IMG/VR virus record: IMGVR_UViG_3300025288_000108
Location: 1-24,769 of that record
Direction: 5' to 3' (one strand)
Length of the DNA: 24,769 nt
DNA from: a virus
Lineage: Duplodnaviria; Caudoviricetes
Under the pieces are notes generated by a model that was not told where the DNA came from, searched no databases, and was given only the letters and a program-made list of their open reading frames with translations. Shown here piece by piece: positions 17,297 through 23,701 of this stretch; positions within the stretch are counted from its first letter, which is position 1, and every line of letters begins with the position of its first letter. A program made the translations under genes and the position numbers.

Positions 17297-17735
17297 TTTC
17301 TCCCCCTTCTTTTGAAGCAACATACTTTCTGTAGCAGGTCCACAAGGACCCGTATCCATTTTCAATTCCCCACGACAGGAGCCTTATCTGGTGCTCCCTG
17401 CTTTTCCAGTCGGCATTCTCAAGGCCAGCTTTCCCTGCAAGCCAGTAAAATGTCCTCTCCTGCATCTGGGCTATCCCGTATGCCGGATATCTGTAGTCCC
17501 CGTCCCCCCAAACCTCGTGCCGGCCCGAACTCTCACACTGGATAACCGCGTATAAGACCTCGTACTTGCTGTTCAGCCGGTCTATCTCTTCCTCGATAAT
17601 AAGAACCTGCTCCGCCAGGGCATCGACCCTGGCTTTCCATTTCGCCCTCTCGAAAGAGCGGCCTGCCTGGAAGATAACTACGGCGGTGAAGAACCCTAAG
17701 GCAAGGATACCTATTATTCTGGAAGGCAGATACAT
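17286..17735 (-). CDS. Membrane-anchored lysozyme-like / SLT transglycosylase-domain protein
   Basis: N-terminal hydrophobic helix, coiled coil, VIQCESSG (catalytic Glu-Ser motif), AYGIAQM (GxxQ motif); GAGGAGG RBS. Confidence 0.8.
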   Translation of the reverse strand: MYLPSRIIGILALGFFTAVVIFQAGRSFERAKWKARVDALAEQVLIIEEEIDRLNSKYEVLYAVIQCESSGRHEVWGDGDYRYPAYGIAQMQERTFYWLAGKAGLENADWKSREHQIRLLSWGIENGYGSLWTCYRKYVASKEGGENAG

Positions 17736-17791
17736 GTGACCTCCTCAATATTGACAGATAAAATGAGCAGTTTTAGACATACTCAGGTCTA

Positions 17792-17891
17792 TCCATGCCG
17801 CACCGCGCCTATCCGCGCCAAGCCCAGCCTTGCCTAGCCAAACCTTGGCCTGCCTTGCCACGCTTTGCCATGCCCAGCATCGCCATGCCAG
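17792..17891 (-). repeat. Array of 20 pentamers of form NN-GGY (candidate guide RNA) directly after the RAMP-like gene
   Basis: Minus strand: CTGGC ATGGC GATGC TGGGC ATGGC AAAGC GTGGC AAGGC AGGCC AAGGT TTGGC TAGGC AAGGC TGGGC TTGGC GCGGA TAGGC GCGGT GCGGC ATGGA. 15 of 20 end in exact GGY, the other 5 differ by one base; register has no indels. Confidence 0.92.
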
Positions 17892-17892
17892 G

Positions 17893-18516
17893 CTATCCTT
17901 CGCAGACCTTGAAATCCGTTACCATAAACCGTCCGTAAGTCGGACGGAAATCACCTATCCCTATGAGCCTTCCGGCCTGCGTCAGCACGTCATGGAAAAG
18001 AGCCGTGTCTATGTATTCAGGGAGCAACACCTGAAACTCGAATTCGGCCTTCCACCCCTTGGTCATGGCGGGGCGAACCCGCGTTATCCCACTCCTTTGA
18101 ACGGTGACTCGGCGCTTATCCAGATAATCCCACTCGGCAGAGCCGAGCGAAGCCAGTTCGGTCAGGGAGGCTACGCCGGCCTTAAACAGGTCCATGGCGC
18201 TCTTTCTCGGGGAACGAGGGTCCTGCCTAAACTTGGCGGCGTGGATTATCGCCTGCCTCAGATATTCACCCGGGACGCATATCTCCCCAGTTTCGTTCCG
18301 GTAGACGTAGCTCTCAATGTTGTCTTCCTTCTTCGCCTTGCTGTTCTTTCTGGCCTTCGCCTTCTCCTCAATGGCCTCGTTGTCCCACCGATGAAACAGC
18401 AATGGGGCGCTCCCTTCTATAGCCAAAGCGACTATGTAAGGCTCTTCGGCCGCTATCGCCTTTTCGCCACCGTTTCCTACTGGGTGAAGTACCGCCACTT
18501 TTACTGTCTTTGCCAT
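17893..18516 (-). CDS. Stand-alone RAMP/Cas7-like (Csm3/Cmr-group-like) protein
   Basis: Motif order matches RAMPs: strand 1 LAIEGSAPLLFH, GEICVPGEYLRQAIIHAA (compare IPGSSLKGALR), RVRPAMTKGWKAEFEFQV, terminal Gly-rich loop GIGDFRPTYGRFMV. AAGGGAG RBS. Confidence 0.75.
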   Translation of the reverse strand: MAKTVKVAVLHPVGNGGEKAIAAEEPYIVALAIEGSAPLLFHRWDNEAIEEKAKARKNSKAKKEDNIESYVYRNETGEICVPGEYLRQAIIHAAKFRQDPRSPRKSAMDLFKAGVASLTELASLGSAEWDYLDKRRVTVQRSGITRVRPAMTKGWKAEFEFQVLLPEYIDTALFHDVLTQAGRLIGIGDFRPTYGRFMVTDFKVCEG

Positions 18517-18531
18517 AATAGATCTCCCTTA

Positions 18532-18960
18532 TCAGTCGATTTGAGTTATAATAATTTCCACCCCGATCTGCTCCCCCGGCCCAGCATATGACTTTGTAGC
18601 CGCAAGTCTCACCACTTGGGAGTCATCCTTATAACAAATACCCTTCAACCCGTCTTTAACCCCTTTTATGAGGTTATCCAGGTCGGGTTTCTTAGTGTGA
18701 TACTTAATTTTCTTGGGGAGAGATTTAGGTCTCGAGAGCTTGAAATGAAGAATGAGGGACAGCGGCCCCTCAATGATCCGGCTATCCCTGCTTATGGCCT
18801 GCCACTTAACGGTTTCCTTCCAAGAGCGGCTCTCTTTAGGATCGTAAGTCCTGACGAAGTTGCCGATCCGTGCAAACCGGGGTCGGCCTTGCGCGACAGG
18901 ACTTCCTAATACGAAAAGGCGAACGTGGCTTGGGGCTTCAGACGATGGTAGCAACTTCAA
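18532..18960 (-). CDS. rusA: RusA-family Holliday junction resolvase
   Basis: GSPVAQGRPRF, TYDPK, KPDLDNLIKGVKDGL, YKDDSQVV. Confidence 0.93.
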   Translation of the reverse strand: MKLLPSSEAPSHVRLFVLGSPVAQGRPRFARIGNFVRTYDPKESRSWKETVKWQAISRDSRIIEGPLSLILHFKLSRPKSLPKKIKYHTKKPDLDNLIKGVKDGLKGICYKDDSQVVRLAATKSYAGPGEQIGVEIIITQID

Positions 18961-18984
18961 TAGTAATGGTCTCCGGCATCAAGT

Positions 18985-19239
18985 TTAGTGTTTGATAAAA
19001 GATTGGGCAATAACGGTTTCTGCCTGAAGTTCAGCGAGGAACTGCTCGTAAGTAAGCCTGGCGTTATCACATTTCTCAATGGCCAGCTCGAGTTCAGCAT
19101 GAAGCTCATTCATTTTTTTGAGGATCCCTTGCCGGGTCCTTATCTTGAGTTGGAGGTAGTGCAGGGTAAAGCCTATAATGGCTACGAGCCCCCACGCTAT
19201 AAGCCCCCCGAAGGCGTAAGCGGCTATCTCGGTGAACAT
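18985..19239 (-). CDS. Hypothetical membrane protein (TM helix plus coiled coil)
   Basis: IAAYAFGGLIAWGLVAIIGFTLHYL hydrophobic stretch; start taken at ATG 19239. Confidence 0.55.
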   Translation of the reverse strand: MFTEIAAYAFGGLIAWGLVAIIGFTLHYLQLKIRTRQGILKKMNELHAELELAIEKCDNARLTYEQFLAELQAETVIAQSFIKH

Positions 19240-19571
19240 GCGCACCCCCGGAGGGTTAACATATCCTCTTTGCACTGCGGTAGACTGGCAAGAAAGTCAT
19301 TCAAATTATTCCCCATGGGCTCGTAGCCCTGACACTCGGAGGTAGCCCTCCTCCAGATAGCGTAATAATCACAGGTGCCGCCCTTGCCGTTTGCCTTGAC
19401 TGTCCACACTCCTTTCGCGCATTTAACCTTCTCCAAGAGCTCTCCCGTGCGAGTGTGGGGCTGGAGTATCACCTTGGCGTTCCGGCAGTTGGCGCAATGA
19501 GCACCCTCTTCTTCAACCTTTTGATAGGATTTGACCCTGGCCACGGCGTCCTCCTGTGCATAATATAGCAT
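19224..19571 (-). CDS. Hypothetical Cys-rich protein (115 aa)
   Basis: HCANCRNAK...VKCAKGVW...C...C; GAGGGGT RBS lies inside a hairpin. Confidence 0.65.
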   Translation of the reverse strand: MLYYAQEDAVARVKSYQKVEEEGAHCANCRNAKVILQPHTRTGELLEKVKCAKGVWTVKANGKGGTCDYYAIWRRATSECQGYEPMGNNLNDFLASLPQCKEDMLTLRGCACSPR

Positions 19572-19733
19572 ACGAGGACCCCTCTACCTGCAATAGGCTT
19601 CAGGGTCCTCGTATGTCTTGACACCGGCGAGGCACTGGATTGGTTGCGAGGCCAAATCGTGCCGTGCAACCGGGGTCAAGTTTTTATTTGGGTTGTTTGG
19701 AGAAGTTGTTTTTATATTTGGCCTCGCTTGCAT
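19569..19733 (-). promoter_or_regulatory. Structured 5' leader with alternative stems and a 49-codon upstream ORF
   Basis: Inverted repeat pairs 19646-19657/19716-19727 (12 bp), 19617-19627/19670-19680 (11 bp, 1 mismatch), 19569-19581/19603-19615 (13 bp); ORF 19733 to 19584. Confidence 0.6.
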
Positions 19734-19739
19734 GGGTGT

Positions 19740-19768
19740 ATATTACTTGCTCGCTATAACGCTGTCAA
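19740..19768 (-). promoter_or_regulatory. Sigma70-type promoter
   Basis: Minus strand TTGACA (19768-19763), 17-nt spacer, TAATAT (19745-19740), preceded by an AT-rich UP-like tract in an intergenic gap. Confidence 0.75.
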
Positions 19769-19798
19769 GGAAAAAAATAATAGTCAACAAACTTTTTT

Positions 19799-20161
19799 TC
19801 ACCCGCTTAATTTTTCCAAGAACTGCACCATCTCGAAGGCTACATCCAGAACCCCTCGCTCCTCCTCGATGGAACGAGCGAGAATGTCTTGGTACTGTCT
19901 GACCATGCCACTTTTCTTGAGCAGCCGATAGGCATATACGGCCTCGCCGATAACCGTTATTGGCACAGGAAATCCCTCGGGGGTTTTCCTGTCGATACCG
20001 ACGAGCTTGCTTTCGTTGATCAGCCTATTGATGTGGTGGGGGATCTCGACAAGCATCCGGTGCCGAGAAGCCTCGTTCTCGGTAATTACATCGAGTGTGT
20101 AGACGGGGTTATCTGTTGTGTTCAAGAACGGGAGGCATTTTTTAACCCTTGGGAATATCAA
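19799..20161 (-). CDS. Hypothetical protein (120 aa)
   Basis: GGAGGG RBS, ATGA overlap with the upstream gene. Confidence 0.7.
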   Translation of the reverse strand: MIFPRVKKCLPFLNTTDNPVYTLDVITENEASRHRMLVEIPHHINRLINESKLVGIDRKTPEGFPVPITVIGEAVYAYRLLKKSGMVRQYQDILARSIEEERGVLDVAFEMVQFLEKLSG

Positions 20162-20631
20162 AGGGTACCCTCCAGTTTCTTTAACATAGTTCCATCCCGG
20201 TGTACCAGGAAGTCTACCTCGACTTCTTCTTCTTGCGCCCGGGCGCAGTAGGCCTCCAAGTAAGTGACGTCTTGCGACAGTATCACCTTCAGGTATGCCA
20301 AGGCATGTACAAGCCGTCCCAAAGAAAAGCCATACTTTGCAGAGAGCCCCTGGATTATGTCAAGGTCCTCTTGGGTGACAGTACCGGTACCGGCGCCCAC
20401 GCTGAATGCCACTTCAACCTTGCGGGTCGCTTCCACAGCGGCGAGGTTTGCCTGCACCCTTATGCCGCCCAACTCCAACTGGGCGGTTGTACGTCCACTG
20501 GCCTCGCATGTAATGACCACCTTGTGAACATCGTAGACAGGCTCTCCATTGTAAGTTATGGTGCCGAACCCGGATGGGCTCAAGTCGAACGCCCAAGCTG
20601 ATGCAGAATTATCCCTCCAGCTTTTTGACAA
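20158..20631 (-). CDS. Hypothetical protein (157 aa)
   Basis: GAGGAGG RBS before TTG start; packed in the operon. Confidence 0.65.
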   Translation of the reverse strand: MSKSWRDNSASAWAFDLSPSGFGTITYNGEPVYDVHKVVITCEASGRTTAQLELGGIRVQANLAAVEATRKVEVAFSVGAGTGTVTQEDLDIIQGLSAKYGFSLGRLVHALAYLKVILSQDVTYLEAYCARAQEEEVEVDFLVHRDGTMLKKLEGTL

Positions 20632-20962
20632 GTGCCACCTCCTCTTTTGCGATCTCTACCGGGTCCCTGTTCTCCTCCCACGCCCGCATGAGCACGTCTT
20701 GGGTTCTTTCTTTTGGGAAGCCGGCCTCCCAGAGTATCAAACACACCATGTCAAAGGTCGAAATACCCTCAAGGGGGATATTTTGCACGAAGAGGATTCC
20801 GCCATCACATTGGGTATGCTGCTGTACGGCTCGATTGAGGTCGAACCCAACATCAGCCAGGAACTTGCGAAGCCGGGCGTCTCCATCAAGCCACACATGC
20901 TCTGAGCGTATCTGCATGTCTTGAACGCCGGAGGCTTCAAGTTTGAAGACCAAGCGTCTCAT
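20609..20962 (-). CDS. Hypothetical protein (117 aa)
   Basis: GAGGTG RBS, ATGA overlap with the radical SAM gene. Confidence 0.65.
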   Translation of the reverse strand: MRRLVFKLEASGVQDMQIRSEHVWLDGDARLRKFLADVGFDLNRAVQQHTQCDGGILFVQNIPLEGISTFDMVCLILWEAGFPKERTQDVLMRAWEENRDPVEIAKEEVALVKKLEG

Positions 20963-21852
20963 AAAATTTCACCTCTGAAGAACTTCTTCAACGAGCATCC
21001 TGCCCACCCTCTCCTTTCAGCACTTCTGCTGGTCGGGGCGAATACCTTTTCGACGGCGTCTATGTACATTGAGAAAGTGAAGTCGTCGCCCATGTAGAAT
21101 CTCTCCCACCCTTCTTTCGTAAAGAGCCTTTTGATGTCCAACTGCTCGATGGCAAGGTTGTCGAAAGAGAGATGGCACCGGTCTATATAGCGGGGCAGGT
21201 AGCGGCTCCACCTGACGATCTCATCATCAATATCCTTGCTGTGGTGGGCCAGGCCCCGCCCGTATTGCTTGTACCCGAGCACAAGGATCTTAGCCCGCTC
21301 GTCGATCTCCAGCAGCTCGTCGATGATCTCGCTCTTATGGACTCCGCAGATTACGTGATAGACGATATGCGGGGAGAGGGCTCTCAGTCGCCGGAGTTCC
21401 CTGGGGTCCCCAATTCCTTCTTCCCTAATAGAGACCCCTACCCCATTCACCAGGTCATGTCCAATGAAGCGCGTAAGGTCGGTGAAGTGAAGGTGCTTCT
21501 GGTTGACGGTGATATTGGCTATCCACCCCCTCTGTTGCACCGCAAGTAGAAATGAGGCCAGCAGGGGATGGGCCAGGGGGTTGCCGCCCCCTATAGCAAG
21601 CTCCACCCCCGCCGGCAGGCCGCTCAGCTTCCTCAGCAGCGCCTTGAGGCTGGCGTGTGCCCCTCGTATGCCGGACGACTCGTGGCAATAAGGGCACGCC
21701 AGATCGCAGTAGTTTGTGATCTTGATGTCTATGGACTCGGGAAACTCGGGCGCGGGAATACCCTCGTACTCCCGCGTCTTCGTGCCATCGCCATAGAGCG
21801 TCACTCTGGTGTTTCCGTTCTGGTAGGAAGCGATCGAGTTATCTGTTGTCAT
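20959..21852 (-). CDS. Radical SAM enzyme
   Basis: IDIKITNYCDLACPYCHESS (CxxxCxxC), ELAIGGGNPLAHP, ANITVN. Confidence 0.92.
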   Translation of the reverse strand: MTTDNSIASYQNGNTRVTLYGDGTKTREYEGIPAPEFPESIDIKITNYCDLACPYCHESSGIRGAHASLKALLRKLSGLPAGVELAIGGGNPLAHPLLASFLLAVQQRGWIANITVNQKHLHFTDLTRFIGHDLVNGVGVSIREEGIGDPRELRRLRALSPHIVYHVICGVHKSEIIDELLEIDERAKILVLGYKQYGRGLAHHSKDIDDEIVRWSRYLPRYIDRCHLSFDNLAIEQLDIKRLFTKEGWERFYMGDDFTFSMYIDAVEKVFAPTSRSAERRGWAGCSLKKFFRGEIL

Positions 21853-22345
21853 TGTCGATCCTCAGTATTGAGCGCTGGTTGAAAATGAAATTGCGAAGCG
21901 TCTCCTTGTCTATAAAAGCATCGTCGGAGGTCCCGTCCGACTGGTGATCTATGTAGCCGTATTTGCCTTCGCCATACCCGGAGTCAGGTTCGTAGCGAAA
22001 CTCTACGTCCGTGGCCTTCGTCTGCTCCATCAACACCTCTTTGAGCATCTTTATCCGGTCTTTTCTCTGGTACTGGTCTATGTAGCAGTACATCGCTTTC
22101 GTGGCTGCATCCTGATAGTCCTCTACTTCCCAGCCGAACTCCTTATTGGCATCTATTCTAAGCACGCCATCGCAACCCGGGGTAAGTGAGCGGTCGAGCA
22201 GGTAGTCCGTGCGTTCGAGTTTCCTTAAGACGGCTTCTTCTTCCGGGGTGAGATTGGAACAGCTTGGGGGAAGGCCGTCGCCGATACTGATACTGTGCGT
22301 GCTGGACGAATTCGTTTCGAAAACACCTCTTCTGATTTTAAGCAT
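21839..22345 (-). CDS. Conserved phage protein with N-terminal IRRGVFETNSSSTHS motif
   Basis: AAGGAGG RBS; motifs FETNSSSTHS, FGWE, GYIDHQS, FIFN...DNDN; overlaps the radical SAM start. Confidence 0.8.
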   Translation of the reverse strand: MLKIRRGVFETNSSSTHSISIGDGLPPSCSNLTPEEEAVLRKLERTDYLLDRSLTPGCDGVLRIDANKEFGWEVEDYQDAATKAMYCYIDQYQRKDRIKMLKEVLMEQTKATDVEFRYEPDSGYGEGKYGYIDHQSDGTSDDAFIDKETLRNFIFNQRSILRIDNDNR

Positions 22346-22358
22346 AAAGCCTCCTTTT

Positions 22359-22841
22359 TTAATCTTCTTTGGTTTGTGTTTTTACAGGCCTGTCATCCCA
22401 CTCCTTCATCCCCCTCGCCTCGTAGGTCAGGAGAAAGAGCAGACAGCAGCCGGCGTGGGCGAGGTGATGGATATCCCACTCCGGGTCAAGGTTGTTGCCT
22501 TTCCAGAACTCATTGAGGTGTCTTTGAAGGGCTCCGTAAACGCGGCCGTATGAGATACCCTTTTCCCAGTTACGCTGGACATACTTCTCTGCCCCCTTGT
22601 CATCTGAGTAGCAAGCCCCCCTGTCGCAGATGAACCTCACGGAAAGCTTCTCATGCTCGAGCACAGTCTCGTGCCCCCTGGCTATAATCCCTTTGACGAA
22701 CTTCATGGTCGCGTCGATGTCTTCGTTGGCGTTCTTATCTTCCGACTTGTAGCAGGTCCTGCCGGCCCGTTCTATACTCTTAAGCAGCTCCTTGCCACAA
22801 AAATCGTCGAGTATTGTGAAGCTTGGCTTAGTCAGTATCAT
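22359..22841 (-). CDS. Chimeric ORF: ThyX N-terminal fragment fused to a DUF5664 (dATP/dGTP diphosphohydrolase-like) fragment
   Basis: IERAGRTCYKSE...RGHETVLEH...FICDRG (ThyX) joined to GAEKYVQRNWEKG...ALQRHL...DPEWDIHHLAHAGCCLLFL (DUF5664). ATG 22841 after AAGGAGGT. Confidence 0.8.
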   Translation of the reverse strand: MILTKPSFTILDDFCGKELLKSIERAGRTCYKSEDKNANEDIDATMKFVKGIIARGHETVLEHEKLSVRFICDRGACYSDDKGAEKYVQRNWEKGISYGRVYGALQRHLNEFWKGNNLDPEWDIHHLAHAGCCLLFLLTYEARGMKEWDDRPVKTQTKED

Positions 22842-23128
22842 GTTACCTCCTTTAGGTGTTTTTCGAGGGTCCTCGCCACCAGCTCCCATTTGTCGATGTT
22901 ATGCCGCCCCCAAAATGTCTCCTTGCCGAACTGGTGATATTCGGCGTGGTGTAGTCTACACATGGGGACGGCGTATGCGTCACTGCATTTTATCCCAGTC
23001 CCGCCCGTAGAGGAATGGTGGGCCTCTATCCCCTGAGTCCACCCGCAGACGCAGCACGGGAGGGATCGGACGAACTTCAGGTACTTCTCGCTCCGAAATG
23101 TTTTGGGTTTGGGGAAGAGGACGCTCAT
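22838..23128 (-). CDS. DUF968 / HNH-like zinc-binding protein
   Basis: RSEKYLKFVRSLPCCVCG...EAHH...KCSDAYAVPMCRLHHAEYH. Confidence 0.85.
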   Translation of the reverse strand: MSVLFPKPKTFRSEKYLKFVRSLPCCVCGWTQGIEAHHSSTGGTGIKCSDAYAVPMCRLHHAEYHQFGKETFWGRHNIDKWELVARTLEKHLKEVT

Positions 23129-23370
23129 TCTTCAAGCCATATACTGTAGGTTGACCTCTTCGCCGCTATCTTCACATGCTGGTGCTCTATCCTCAGGCGC
23201 ATGATTACTCGGTCAAACAAGATTTGACGGGCTTGCCAGTGATCGCAATGATCTTGAATCTCCACCCTTCCTTTCATAAATAATTCCTGAATGTAGTGGT
23301 CCGCAAGCCTTGTTGATCTGCCCGTGCATCTGGGGGGATTAAACACCGGATCAATTACTTTATTCTGCAT
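23125..23370 (-). CDS. Hypothetical protein (81 aa)
   Basis: AAGGAG RBS, ATGA overlap with the next gene; contains RCTGRSTRL. Confidence 0.65.
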   Translation of the reverse strand: MQNKVIDPVFNPPRCTGRSTRLADHYIQELFMKGRVEIQDHCDHWQARQILFDRVIMRLRIEHQHVKIAAKRSTYSIWLEE

Positions 23371-23546
23371 GAGGTCTCCTTTTTGATCTGCCGGATATGT
23401 GTTTGTAAGTCCTTCTCGAACTGGCGCCCTTCCTCAATCCCTTCCATCATTCCGGCATGCTTGCCCATAGAGTATGCTAAGTACAGTCCTACACCGCCGC
23501 TTGTACCTGTGATAAGCGAAAATACTATCCAGCTGATAGTGTTCAT
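23355..23546 (-). CDS. Small membrane protein (MNTISWIVFSLI...)
   Basis: Start moved to ATG 23546 after GAGGAGGAG; hydrophobic N-terminus. Confidence 0.6.
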   Translation of the reverse strand: MNTISWIVFSLITGTSGGVGLYLAYSMGKHAGMMEGIEEGRQFEKDLQTHIRQIKKETSCRIK

Positions 23547-23701
23547 GGGGAATTTCTCCTCCTCAATAAAGTGCTGAACGTCAGGATCTTCTTGCCTTCG
23601 TACTCGATGATCACCCGGCGCCTGGGGTAGAATTTGATAACCTTGACCTCTACCCCTTGGGGGATCTGGTATTTGCCCTGCTTGCCGATGAAGATATACA
23701 T
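23543..23701 (-). CDS. Small hypothetical protein (MYIFIGKQGKY...)
   Basis: TAATG overlap with the sigma gene stop and ATGA overlap with the next gene. Confidence 0.55.
   Translation of the reverse strand: MYIFIGKQGKYQIPQGVEVKVIKFYPRRRVIIEYEGKKILTFSTLLRRRNSP

Noticed and set aside
17751-17779. Plus-strand TTGACA pointing antisense into the array
   Set aside because: The -10 at 17-nt spacing (TAGACA) is weak and lacks the conserved final T; not supportable without TSS data.
17792-17891. Array as a CRISPR array or ordinary microsatellite
   Set aside because: There are no long repeats with spacers, and variation is concentrated in two fixed positions with no indels, unlike slippage repeats.
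17830-18591. 253-aa plus-strand ORF covering the pentamer array
   Set aside because: It is the antisense shadow of the RAMP-like gene; a 5-bp period is not codon-compatible and the product has no recognisable motifs.
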